Of a stretch of DNA of 64,000 nt, positions 1 through 12,815 are shown piece after piece; position 1 is the first letter of the stretch, and each line of letters begins with the position of its first letter. The DNA lies in the NCBI GenBank assembly GCA_030141605.1, contig JAQGDQ010000376.1:163231-227230 (forward strand), given 5' to 3'. The notes under the pieces are model-generated. The model searched no databases. It was not told the DNA's origin and saw nothing but the letters and a program-made list of their open reading frames with translations. A program made the translations under genes and the position numbers. Origin of the DNA: Tubiluchus corallicola. Taxonomy: Eukaryota; Animalia; Priapulida.

Positions 1-316
1 TAAGTTTGCCTGCAGAAGTCAGTATTCCTACAGACTGTATGGCATCATACTTCTGAAGGACATTCTTCAGTATAGACAACACTGCAGCTAAACCCTCATG
101 AGCTTTGACTTTCATGAGGTCTGCCTCTCCTTTCTGCTGAAAAGTTGTTTTCAGTGCAGACAGTGCTTCTGAAAAACGCCGAACGCAATCGCTCAGCTGC
201 TGAATGTCCTCTTGATCCACCATAGCAGCATCCGACGAATCTGTTCCTAAGCTAGAGATAGAACCAAACATATTTGGAGTTTTGTTAGTATTAAACGTAG
301 CTGTTGAGGAGTTCAT
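1..316 (-). CDS. ARHGAP45: First coding exon (partial, runs off window) of an ARHGAP45(HMHA1)/ARHGAP29(PARG1)/GMIP-family RhoGAP
   Basis: The minus frame from ATG 316 reads MNSSTATFNTNKTPNMFGSISSLGTDSSDAAMVDQEDIQQLSDCVRRFSEALSALKTTFQQKGEADLMKVKAHEGLAAVLSILKNVLQKYDAIQSVGILTSAGKL. This matches the N-terminal helical region of ARHGAP45/29 (V.RF.E.L..LK ... AHE.L...L......KY.......LT.AG.L). An in-frame TAA lies 3 codons upstream of the ATG, and the exon acceptor is ttttcag at 376. The paralog (45 vs 29 vs GMIP) cannot be resolved. The ORF track missed it because no stop lies inside the window. Confidence 0.85.
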   Translation of the reverse strand, partial: MNSSTATFNTNKTPNMFGSISSLGTDSSDAAMVDQEDIQQLSDCVRRFSEALSALKTTFQQKGEADLMKVKAHEGLAAVLSILKNVLQKYDAIQSVGILTSAGKL

Positions 317-360
317 GACATCTTACTCCAGTCTTACTGCTATATATCAGATGCGAACAC

Positions 361-3300
361 TTACTTATGCTTCAACTGAAAATAATGAAAAAATTAAACA
401 AATTAATAACATGATTGAAACAGCTAGAATCAGTACATATTATTTAGCAGTTTGTTTAACTTGCAAGTGCTCAGACTGGCTGAGGGGAAGCATTACTATA
501 ATGAAGACAAAACGTTAAATAATTTGAACAATCTTATTGAACAAAATACATTTAAGCCAGAAATTTTGCAAGTGAATCTATAAAAAACTTTTCAAATCCC
601 TTCCGAGTCATTAGAATAGGTGATTGTATTTCACATCTGCCCTGCTCAGACTGAATGTTAAAGTTGATAAATTATTACCAGCTGTCAATTTGTCATCTGA
701 AAAACTAAACATCTGAATATTACGTCAGTGCATTTCTTTGATTCAAATTGCAAATATAAAGAAAACGTAGGTTTTTAACTTGGGACCTTTCATTAATGGT
801 AATCACTTTTGTTATAACTACTAATTACTATAATTTGTAAATATCCACTTGCATTAGCAATTTGACATAAATCTGTTTTTAATATAATAATTACTATATT
901 TTGTAAATACAGTGATTATTATATTAAAAAGAGATTTTTGTCAAATTGCTAATGCAAGTGGATTTTAATCTACATTGATGGCTGGCCGCAAGTACAAAAT
1001 GTTTATCTAAAAATGTACAGGTACAAATGTTCATAATAAAGAATGTCTGAATGTCTTGAAGAAAAAATTACCAATATGTATGCAGTTAGTAGTCATACTC
1101 AACTGCCTGGATTTTCTTTGTATTTGGGCTAGGAAACAGCAGACAAACTGCACTTGTGGTTAACACACTTGCTTGAGTTATCTAAAACTTGCATTGTTTG
1201 CCTTTGCAATGTTGTATTATTAAGCTTAATTCATGATGCAACAGTTAAATTTATACATGTAATTAACAATATTTAGGAACAAAAGATACATAACTAATCA
1301 TTAAGCCGCGTATACCTATATGCTTCAAGTGATAAAAGCATAAAACCTATCTCTTCATATAATTTACTTAGGTGCTTGTCATATGTTTTATTCTTAAATA
1401 TAAATTAGCTGTCTCACGAATCAACAACTTTTTGTACTGTTTGTTATTTACTACCTATGTGTTACACAAGCATGTTTAAATACCCGATAACACATTGTTT
1501 TTACAAAACAATTCATAGCTATACTAAACAATATCTGTTTTGAAGCAGCAAACCATCAGGCATGGCAAAGTGATGGTTATAGCAATGCTAATGTATAACG
1601 TAAAATGGCCTTTCGATTATGTACATTAGCGGATGGTGATAAGCGTGAATGACATTACTGCCTATAGACAGTTAAAGGAAAACACGTTGATTTCTCTTAT
1701 CCTAATCCACTTTGAAGTACGGTAAAAAGTGTGCATTTTAATACCTACAATAATGCCAAAGCATTTCTGGTTGTTAAATAAAAGTTAAAAATTTAAATAA
1801 CAGTAGGTGAGCCCAATTAATGGTGACACCACAAGTGAACATAATTTTCAATAGTGCAAACATTCTATGAATGTTTTGTACATGTTTGTGAAAGCAAAAT
1901 TTAAAGTACGGCGCTACTGTACAACGTTTAATGTGACAAACAAAAACTCTGCAAGTGTTAAGTTTGAAATTTCAAGTTTACTGCTGTTCTCACTCATGAG
2001 CTCTCGAACATGTGTACTATGTCACAAATGAACAACTCTGAACTGAGAGGTACAGCACCTGATTTTAGTGCAATGCATTTCCAAAATGCAGGTATTAGTG
2101 TCCATCTAGCTAGCGATTGCAAAATACATATAACAGCAAAGAACTAGCTCCAGAAACATGAAATTACATTTATGTGGTAATCATTCTTACACACAAGTCC
2201 TTCTTGAAAAAATAATACATTCCCTTTCAAATATCTTATATCTTTTGGGCTATAGTTTAAGACTGGGTGCAGTTTTCCTTTTAACAATTAACACATTACA
2301 GAAATCAAGACAGAGCAAAAACTGGTGTATGATGAGGTTTGTACTGCAAAGGTTCAAGGTTTAATAAGTTACTCTAAGTTTTAGGTTTTATCCAAGGATA
2401 ACACCTAATCTAATCTAATACTTATTTCCAAGGCAGTCCCATTTATTATTATGCGTATTGATAAATTTACGTGCTTGGTAAAAAAAAACAGCAGTACCGT
2501 TTTCTAAGTTTTTGGTATGGCTCGGCCGGGAACTAAAACTGCAACCTGCTGACCTGTCTGGTGGGAAGTGAGTGCGCCATTACTGTCAGAACTATACCCC
2601 CGTGTATCACTTTAATATGTGTGTAAGGAAGTACTAATCTTTAATTTCTGTATACATACCTACTTACATTTATAATCACGTAATGTTAATATTTATCATG
2701 AGTGTAGTACTCACAGTGCGGTTTAAGCATTGCTTCAGTGCTTCCATTTCTGTTGCACAGCAGCCACGAGTCAAATCATCATTTGCAGAAATGCACTTTC
2801 CGTAAGCAGTTGCCTAAAATAAAAGGAAGTTTGGAATGACAACTCTACAGTAGGCACCGTTTATTAGATTCACGGTTCATAGAATCAGTCGCCTAACTGA
2901 CTCAAAAATGTCTGGTATATGGGTCACTTCTATTCAAATGTATATAAAAACTGCCAATAACAGACTGAAATAACTTCGCATAATTGGACTCAATATTTTG
3001 CTTCATGTGCTTCAATGAGACACTCTTGTGTGACCAATTAGCTTTTACTACTTTTATATCATGTTCATTCACTTTCCTGCTCTAATAGAAACAATCGTGT
3101 TAAGTACTGTTTTGTTTATAAGCAGGAACGTTTATCATATGCTAATATACTAGCCTAGCGGTTTGCATTGACCCACCCATCCACTGCAATTAACCTCGTT
3201 ACCCAAGGACTTCTGGAAGCTAAATATTTAATCACTTGCCTAGCGGTTTGCTTTTGAAGCTTTCCCTGTCTTTCATAGAATGTTTAATCAGTTAGCTGTT

Positions 3301-6300
3301 GCAGTTATGCCAGGGATACAGGTACAATACAACAAGGTGTTGCAAAGTTGCCGGTAGATTAACATGTAAACTTGAATACTTGGACGACTACTGTGTTGTT
3401 TAATGAACGGTTAGTGAAACGGGATGCGCGCTTAAAATTGCTTTATCGGCCTTTCGTAATGGGCTGAATTTACACTAAAATTTGAAAGTAGCCAGGTCTT
3501 CAGAGAGCGCAGTACTACGCACGTTACCAGCGTCACTAACAAGGCGTGGCTGGCGGGCCAGTCGAATCACTTCTTTACGCAAGAGTGGTTACACTACTAT
3601 CAAAACTACATGGAATGAGAGGCACTATCTTATAGGCCTTGTGCACACTGTACATTGTACAATATGTATCAAATGTCATCAAGTTAAAGCAGTAAAATAA
3701 AATAATACTTTTACATTGCCAAGCACAACAGACTTTGATAAACTCTGTATTTTAAATACACGAAAATGTGAACTTATATTAAAATTTATGAAAGTTAACA
3801 ATAAAAAGACGTTTAACAATAATGAACGATCACTCTGTATACAAGAAAACTCTATTAAGAGCCGATTGCGGGGCTTTTTATGCATTTAGTTCCTTAGTGT
3901 ATGAAGTTAATACGCGCTAGCATTTATTCTAGAAACCATAAGAGTTGTAAAATTTATGTGCAGTTACATTAAGCAAAATGTATTACGGCTGCCTAAACGT
4001 CACACTCTATTTCAGTTCAGTATTCATAATCTGTGCCTAGTTTTTAGCCAAAGGGTTTATTACGGAAGTGTTAGTCATCAGAATTGAAGCTGCTGCTTCA
4101 CCACAAACTCGTGCGGAATGTGCTGTATTTGAACTTAATTATACTCTCTTTGAGATTCTCTTGCTTTCTATCTGTTTTGGTTATCTCTCTGTGTATGTAC
4201 TCTTATGAATTGAAGTTAAACAAAAAGCAAAAAAAGCTACCGAAATACATTTGCTACATTATTAATTTGTTTATTAACGTTTAATAAAATAATAAATCAA
4301 AAATGTCAGAAAACTGCTGTTTCAAGCACCTGTCATTGTTTCAGCCTCTATGACAACTAAACTAGGTCATACAGGTTACAAACTCGGGTGTGTGAAGCAA
4401 GCCTGACACACGATTTAGAATAAACAAGCGGGTCATAACAGTGCCTCTATTTTGTCTCTCTCTCCCTTCTTTTCTCTATCTCTCTCTCTCTATGTGTCCC
4501 TTTTCTCTCTTTATCTCTCTCCTTTCTTACCGTAATTGTACACTGAGCTGTAATCTTTTAATGTAAATGCTTTGTAAAAACAGAAATAAACGGACCACAG
4601 GGAAAGTGCAACTGCCCAGCATGCCGATTATAGTAAACATTAGTTTGCCTGAAGCTATAACTACTGCCAAAACATATGTATAACACTCCATGTAATTCAT
4701 TATTTTCATCGAGATTTTTTCAACATACTGACCCATAAGAGCTAACTCTAACACATCAATTATAAATCCAAACTTTAATAAAACAAACAATTTAAGTATA
4801 ACATTTAAATTTTTCACGATTTTCTATAATTATATTGCCAACACTATATATGCACTTTGCCCAAATTACCATAAACAATGTAAGAACAGTTGAGTTGTCA
4901 AGTTCCTAGCCAAGCCTAGTTATTTAATGGGTGGGTGCCTGGTGAACGATCTCTAGGAAAAGCCTCTTAAGAAATATGTTCTAGCACAAGTGGTTAAGCG
5001 ATCTCTGTCAGTTCAGTCTTTAATGAACTATTATGATTATAGCATTGGTAATAAGCTAACTAGAGGCCTGCCACAACTACCACAAATTTTTAAATTTTTT
5101 TAGGCCCCAAAATTGTGAGTGCCGAACTTTTATCATCATCATCAATTTTTCTCAGAACAGTGACATTCATAAAAACTGATTACAAAAATAAGGTATAATC
5201 TGCAGACATAGACTTATACTTAGTCGAATGAATGTGCAGTCAGTACCAAGGCAAGCATTTCTGGACTTTCTTGCATTTTTTTGGTATATACTAGGCTATA
5301 TCCATTGCAACGTACTGTCTATTCACCTGACATGTTTAGATCTGGTCAAAGTTCCATGATGTCACAGCTTCTACAATTTTTCCTACAGAAGTATGAAATG
5401 CTTTGCTGTTCATTCCATCTTTGTTTATAATCCTTTCCAACTTACAAAGTCAGTACTCGACTTCACCACAGCACAAGTACTCCTCATAATCCTCATTTCA
5501 CCAAATTGGTCATGTTTCAAAGTCAGCCAGTTTTTTATCAATCAGACATTGCACATATATTATACTTTTTAATGCAGGTATAAGAATATTTAAAAAACTG
5601 CCTTATAATTGTGGTTGCTAGTAACGCAATGTAACACAGCAGCCAAATTAATCAAACATTTGTTTTAACACACATATGGAAATGTCCTGAAGCCTGAAGG
5701 TCAACTGTAATAATCTGAAAATAAACCAAAAATTACAAATATCTTTAACATACAGTATTTTGTATTTTGTCATAAGCCAATTATTTTTCCTGAAATGGCA
5801 ATATTCTGGCACTTAAGCGTTCTAGTCCCGGTTGGCCAACAGTTTTTCAGCGCTCGCTTCAATAAATTAGCGGACACAACTAATCAACAACAGTTAATTT
5901 ATTCTGCTATAATTACAGCAATAATTTGGTACGAGTAAAATTTGTCTCATTACAAAATAACTGCAACAACAACAGCAGCAAAATAACAAATGTAACAAGG
6001 ACAACAATGGTGACTATGCTGAAGATGATAACAATGATGAGGAAAAGAGAAACAGCATGCAAGACATAAACATACAGCAAAAATAACAACAATCGCAAAG
6101 GTGTTATTTTGTGCTGAAGACAGCTGGTGGTTTTGATTGCCAGTCTAAAATGACTGAACTATAAGGCGAGCGAGAAGTGTGGCATTTGTTCACTGCTTCA
6201 TGGTGTACATATTGTTACTTTGCAATAGTTTATACTGTAGACAGTACAATATTCTGTACATAAATTATAATTATTGTTCTACTTGGCCCGCAGTTGTTCA

Positions 6301-9300
6301 CAGACATGCAAGTTCTTCAAGGGGCTCAAGAAATTTCTGCGATATTTATAGTGCAAAGTAATCTTTGAACAACATTACAATTTGTGCAGTGTTGCAAAGT
6401 AAGCAAAAGCAAAGTAATTGATGACAAAATTAGCTAGAATTCAAGTACGCAAGTTGCAAAAAATGAAGACGAAATATTATGCATGATTTTACTGATATAA
6501 TATGTCACTAATTTAGTGCACAGACATGCAGTCAACAGGTGAACCTGCTTGCATTGATTCATTTAAATAAAAACTAAAATTATTTAGCTGCTTTAATAAG
6601 AACTCCTTACTTCAGACCATTATTACTTTTCTCAAATTTTCAAGCTCCAAAAATATACTCAATAGCGATATACCCAAACAAAGTTAATAATTTACTCGAA
6701 ATTTCCACGATCATATTTTACGGACAAAAAAGCCCTAATATTACTGCTCCGGGCAACCAAGGAAGATAAGTGAAGCCCATATGTGAGTCAGTGTACAAGA
6801 CATTTCGGCAAATCCTTATTTTTGCTGTAGTACGAATTCTAAGAAACCATGCCATTATAGTTATGCAAACCCAGCGAGTCAGTGCAAAAGACGTTTTGGA
6901 AAATTCTTACATACTTTTTCTATACTACAAGTTCTAACAAATTATGCCATTATAGTACGTGTAGGCGTTAACTTGTCTTGTAGGCTGTATACCAGTACAA
7001 CTTCTTAGTTTTTTCTAAAACTAATTAAGGCATGTGAACAAAAAACTAAAATTTTAATATAGTTGAAGTCTTTACCTTGTTAAGCTTGACAGAATGAGTC
7101 CATGGAGTGTTCGGTTAATAAGGCTCCCACTACTTGTGTTGTAAATTGCACCACCAGCATTGGTCACTTTGATATAACACTTTAAGTGACAAATTATTAT
7201 GCAGCAATTTAAAGCATCAGATCTTTAAAATTATAACTAAATATTGCACACAAGCACCAAAAAATTTACGATACTTATCAGTGTCAATGTCAGCAGTCTG
7301 CATACACGTGCAAGCAGCCTTCTGTTTACAGTAGAATATATCAAGTTGTGGTGCATTATTTAATTGGTTGCAATTCAAAACGGCGAGCGTAACTGCATAT
7401 TATGGTGGTGCATAATAAGATAGTAAATTCCAGCAGTAAAACAGACATTCTCTGCCAGGGCCCTATAGGCCATGCCAGCGGGTACCTCTACTGTGGCCAT
7501 ATCTGTTGACTGAAAACGACACTAATCCACGATAATCTTACTTTAAAGTGAAACGTTTTACGGGTATGCAATACCCACAAAGTCAACGCATCACAAAAGC
7601 ACATTAAAGTTGTGTTTTACCAGTTCATTAGTTAGACTCAGTTTCTCAGTTAAGAGCAAATAACCTGGCTAAAAAAACGAGACTTCTGAATGCACTGCAC
7701 TTATTGGTTATGTCCTAGAGTAATGTTACTAAACACATGATTCGGAACAGCATCACTCATGTGAATAAAACGGGTGAAATTCTTACATTGCAAGAGAGAG
7801 GCCTAACTGCACAACCTGACAAATAACGAGTTTGAAAAGTGAACTGAAATTCGGCTACAGGTCACCTCCCAATTAACCTATGATAAAATCGTCACGATAG
7901 CAAGCGGGCTTAGACGAAACTATAGATGAAGACACTTACGGGGAAACACGGACACCACCAATAGTTCAAGCACGCCAATCACTAAGTATTTTGTGAGAAT
8001 TCGTCCATTATACAATAACAGATTTTCAACAATTTTATCATTGTTAGAACTTTGTGATTGAACTTCTTCACAAAAAATGAAGCAGCTGACCTTGGAGTCT
8101 TTTTGTAATTTTTGTAAATAAACAGGCCAGTGTGAAGTTTAGAAAAGTAAATTTTTTATTTTTTTAATAACTCACTTTATAAACTAACATTTTTGAATAC
8201 CGGCATCGGAATTCAGGCATTACTTTGTTTCTAAAATTCATCAAAAGTCTTTGCAGTGCATCGTAAGTTGATGATTCATACTTCAACGTTAGTAACACTA
8301 CACCTGTCGGTTAACTGGGTCAAAACACTTCTGTCCAAATTGAATTTATTAAGCGGCGCCTGCTGTACATACGTGTGAAGCACAAGTACCCGTTTTTTGT
8401 ATGCTGTCAAAATCTGTAGGTCCTCATAAATTCACAACTGATAACAAATGCTCACTCACTGGCATGTGGTGCAAAAAAATGCAACTAATGTATGCCAAAG
8501 TTTAGACAACAATTGGAAGCAACCATCCCATAAAATTGAAGTTTCTTAGCACGATACGGTAACGTATTTACTTTTGGCTGCGAAAATTACAAGTTTAAAA
8601 TTTTAGTAGTTTTTTTAGTTATGGCTGAAAAAGTTGTGCGTGCTAACAATTTAAATGCGGGAACAATGTCAGCTTATCATCAATAATTAAAAAGTAGCCA
8701 TGTCCGTATACATAAAGCACTCAATAGAAGGCAGCAAAACAACAAAGAAATCAAAGAGCTTACATTGCTAACTAATTTTCAAAAACTATTGATAAAAATT
8801 TTTTCTTTTTATTAGTGAATTTGCAACAGAAAATGCCACTTATTATGTGGACCTCCAATTTTGCATGCCGATGGTAAATGGACGGAATTTACGGAAATGG
8901 GCAACTATAGTGGTAAAAAATGGAATTAGCCCAATTTGCCAACTTTTATGCAAATTTAATGTACACTAGAGATGGAATTTACTTCATAAGTTACTAAGGA
9001 GTTTCTTCTGTATTTCTCGGCCTTTTTAGAAGTCCTCCTTCGAGTTTTATTTTTTATGCAACTTAGGCACCCATTACATCGTTTCACTCTGTTTTTGCAT
9101 TTGCCATGAGTAGCGAGAAATGTATACAGGAAGCTTATAACGAACAGTAATACATTTGTGGAGAGGTTTCCTCTGTTCACACAAATGGCACGTGGCCATG
9201 TCTTCAAATGTTTTTGCATTTAAAATCAATTTTTTAAGCTCTATTGCTTTTTGGTCTCATTTGAAGTTTAGTTAGTGCAACATTTAAAATGGATGACAGA

Positions 9301-11054
9301 AGATGATGTGCGGTGAAAAAAGCAAATGATGTGCACCAGTTGTGCATGTGACAGCTGGGGAAACAGCCAGAAAGCGTGTAACGATGCATCGTAATATCTT
9401 TTGTAACGTCACGTGTCTTGTCAAAATGCACCAATATAGCGATGATTGAACATTCAGTGCATTGAGCGCAGCATTAGCAGACTCGACCTTAACACAGGCA
9501 GACCTGCTGTTAGCAGCCAATGAGAAGAGGTTGAAAGTGCAATGTGTTCATGACAATGTATAGTAGGCTAATTACGTTTTTGCTTATAAGTTTTTGAAAT
9601 GGCTTGCAGCAAATGTGGACTAGAAAATGCACCATATTTTAAAAGACAGGATGATTTTTCATATACTACCCCATTTTCAAGTCCAATGAAAAGTATGCAT
9701 TTTAACACAATTAATACTGCAATAGTATTTCTGATAACTAAATAATAGATTAAAAACTTGCGAAAGCGAAAAGTGAAGTACAGTGCTAGTGCAATACATT
9801 CAGTGTGTCGTACTAAAACTGGGTAAGCTTTAAGATAAAAATTCAAATTTCAAATTTATCGCTATGCTCACATAAGAGCTGTCAAACGTGTGTGATTCGT
9901 CACTGTTTTTTATGCAATGCGTTTCCGAAGTGCAGGTGCTAATGACCGTGTAACTAGCGAATGGCGAAATGCATGTGACAGTGAAGAACTAGTAGTGGGA
10001 ACACGAAATTGGGTTTGTGTGGTAATAATTCAGTTTTGAAAAATACTGTGTTTGCTTTCAGTATTTTAAACAGTGGATTTTTGATCTTCAGTTTAAGATT
10101 GGGTCTGGTTTTGCATTAAATGAAAAGTATTGAAATGTTTTGCATTTCTGGTGGCTTACCATGCAAATAATACAAAAGTATGAACAGAAATCAAATAGTT
10201 TGCTGAATTATTTTAGCACTTATCAATCTTAAAATTGTTTGATAAATTTAACAGATAAATAAAATATGTTAATCTAGTTTTTTTTATAAAAAGCCTGCAA
10301 ACATTAACTCGTGTATCGTTATACGTGTCATATCAGGAGGTTAGTATTGTGGGTATGTAACGTGACTTAGACCAGGCAATCTCCCGATGATCTGTACGAA
10401 GATGACAGTATATTGTTCTGTAAATTCTATGTACAAATTAAATGTTGGTTTTCATACGTTATGTTAAACTACACACAAATGCCGAATACATACTTTATTC
10501 ATGTATAAAAATTTAAGTTTGTATTAACGATCTATCACACATTACATAATTTATGACTAATTTAAAGAGCCATTCGCTTCTAATTTCTGTGAAGCGTAAT
10601 TGAAACAGAAATGACAATTCTTTGACATGTATGGAATTTCGTCAATTTTAAAACGAAATATCGAAGGTCCTAATTATGCGTTCGGGGCGCGGCATTGCTT
10701 ATTCTTTCATGTAGTGGCGCACCAAAGAATGGCGCACATGACTAAATGATATTGTACGTGACAGGCTCATCACTAAAACGGAGATCATAGAAATGCGAGA
10801 TCGCTTAGCGTGTCAAAAGGCTTGCCTTTCGAAACTAGTATATCCATGGCAGTCCGTGAAATAAACAGACTCTATTAAAAATAAACAATATTATTTTACT
10901 TTCGAATTCCTACGAGTACATTAGTATGCTAACGTAATGGTCTAACTAGCGTTACCTCAATTCTGCACTTTGTAAATGCAAATGGAATACGCGAAAACCT
11001 CTTAAATCTAGTGAAACCAACAGACGTTGCACTACTGTAAGATACAGGCTTCAT
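361..11054 (-). CDS. NDUFAF8: NADH dehydrogenase complex I assembly factor 8 (twin CX9C), 70 aa, 3 exons
   Basis: Exons: 11054-10956 (MKPVSYSSATSVGFTRFKRFSRIPFAFTKCRIE|gtaacg), 2813-2715 (ttttag|ATAYGKCISANDDLTRGCCATEMEALKQCLNRT|gtgagt) and 375-361 (tttcag|LKHK*). Both introns are phase 0 and GT-AG. The product has C-x9-C ... C-x9-C and matches the NDUFAF8 pattern C..EA.AYG.C ... C..E..AL..C. Confidence 0.88.
2470..2585 (-). mobile_element. Decayed tRNA-derived SINE fragment
   Basis: The minus strand has a degenerate B-box-like end followed by CCCGGCCGAGCCATACCAAAAACTTAGAAAACGGTACTGCTG, a body motif I recall from invertebrate SINEs. Confidence 0.45.
2848..2990. mobile_element. Pogo/Tigger-like (Tc1-mariner) DNA transposon end, copy 1
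   Basis: TA|CAGTAGGCACCGTTTATTAGATTCACGG...TCGCCTAACTGACTCAAAAA aligns by eye with 54116-54205 and with the reverse complement of ~44215-44317. A CAGT end after TA is typical of pogo-like elements. Confidence 0.55.
4454..4526. repeat. Imperfect (CT)n / pyrimidine microsatellite
   Basis: tctctc/tatctc run read directly. Confidence 0.85.
6785..6957. repeat. Diverged ~90-bp direct duplication
   Basis: gagtcagtg.a.aagac.ttt.gg.aaat.ctta ... ttctaa.aaa..atgccattatagt occurs twice in tandem. Confidence 0.7.
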
Positions 11055-12815
11055 CACAAAAAACAAGCAGTAACTTAAAGCAACTTTGTTTCTTGAGAAT
11101 CAGTATAGGATTTCCCAAAAAAGTTAGACTATTTTATTACATATGGTGCAACTGCAGTAGAGCGCCACGTACCACCTAAGCCCGTAACATCCTCCAACTC
11201 CCAAATGTCATAATGATACCGCAAATGTGCTAAATTTGCGGAGAACCGGTGTGGCAACTTAAATGTAATTTTGCTAATCGAAAATTGGATGTATTTAGTA
11301 TTATTTATGATGACACAATAAAGCATAGAACCAAATTTGTTTAAGGAAAAAACTAACTTTATAATGATGACGGATAGCCCTTGACAATTACATACAATAA
11401 TATTTATAAGTAAAATGTTTACACGGGCTCCATTAACTTCAACATAAAATTACACCAAGTATCTATAAAGAGGACATAATCACATAATTATTATTACATA
11501 AATAATTACAATTTTTTAAAGGAAACGCATGTCGACCATGCAAGCCTTTATTAAACACAACCAAATCATGAGAATGGAATATACTTGGAAACACGCAGCT
11601 CGATCACAAGGCTGTAAACGTCAGCAAGCATGCTTTCAATACTTAGAAAAGGCAAAGACCCTCCAAGATTAATTTTAATGATCCAGTATTGTTTATAATA
11701 CAATTTTTTGGAGAGGAGGGGAACAACTTAGCACCAATAGCCATATATTGTAAAAGTTTGAGGAGTAAATGACTCACTAGCCTGTATACTGTACTAAGAG
11801 GGTAAATGGCTCACCACCAGGCCAGCCCATGTACCACAATTATGCTGTAAAATTGTAAATGTATCACCAGCCAATACACCAAACATAGGAGAAAAATAAT
11901 GTTGTACAAATAGGTAATGAAATTGACCACGTACTACGTATGCAGCCAGCAAAATAAAGATGAAATATTTTTGCGAAACGTTGGGTTTGCCTAAAAAGTC
12001 AGTCTGTTGCATTTCAGAAAGATTAACTCTTGAAATCATCTCATCTGTGTGGCTCAGAATTAATATTATTTTTTAAAGAATACACAATTTATCTTTTTAA
12101 AATATAATTAAAAATGCAAATATACAATTAATTTTTTAAAATATATTGACATTTTAAATTATTTACTAAACGAACAAGGAGAATGGAAGCTGGTATTAAA
12201 AAATAAGTACTGCACCCTGTAACTTTTGATTCCTGGGCTACTGTGGTATATGGCGCCCAACAACTGCAAGGTTTTACAAGCCTTGATTCGAGTTATTTTA
12301 TTTATAAGTATCAGTAACCGACCATGAAACACGCACCCCAAATATGCGCTTACACCTTCAAGCCCCCGCAAACCCACAAATGAAGCCCAAAACGCTAAGG
12401 GTGGCATCGAACGTACGAATTCGATTCCTTATTATTAAAACGTTTGAAACATCATGCAGTTAGCACAATTTAGCAAAAAATTCTGCACACAGTTTTTGAA
12501 CAAATTATATTGTAGTGGTTTTGCCGCAGAACAAAATTAAGTAAAAAGCATAATAATTGCAAGATTTGAGGCTACAGCTTTGATAAGGGACCTATTCTCG
12601 GCGAGCCGCATAACAATTGAAAGGTCTTGATCGAATTGAATCAGGCCCATCGAGAGGAACGGCTTGAAAAACCTCCAAAAATGGCATTTTCACCCGTTTT
12701 TTGCAAAACTTATACTTCTTATTTCTAGAGAATGGGAATGTTGTAATAGTGGAAATCTTTTGTTGAATCATGCACACTAAGGTGATTACCCAAGGTCGTT
12801 CGTGCAACCACACCA

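Noticed and set aside
4012-4085. Possible intronic C/D snoRNA (TGATGA...CTGA on the minus strand)
   Set aside because: The C box lacks the leading purine, there is no convincing terminal stem, and I recognise no rRNA guide.
6508-6562. Alternative NDUFAF8 exon 1 candidate MNQCKQVHLLTACLCTKL
   Set aside because: It gives CX9C spacing but has a weak donor (GTGACA) and no family resemblance. The exon at 11054-10956 fits much better.
282-10900. Short ORF-track calls (60-96 aa) between and around the NDUFAF8 exons
   Set aside because: They have AT-driven composition, no recognisable motifs and no supporting splice structure, and lie in introns or antisense.
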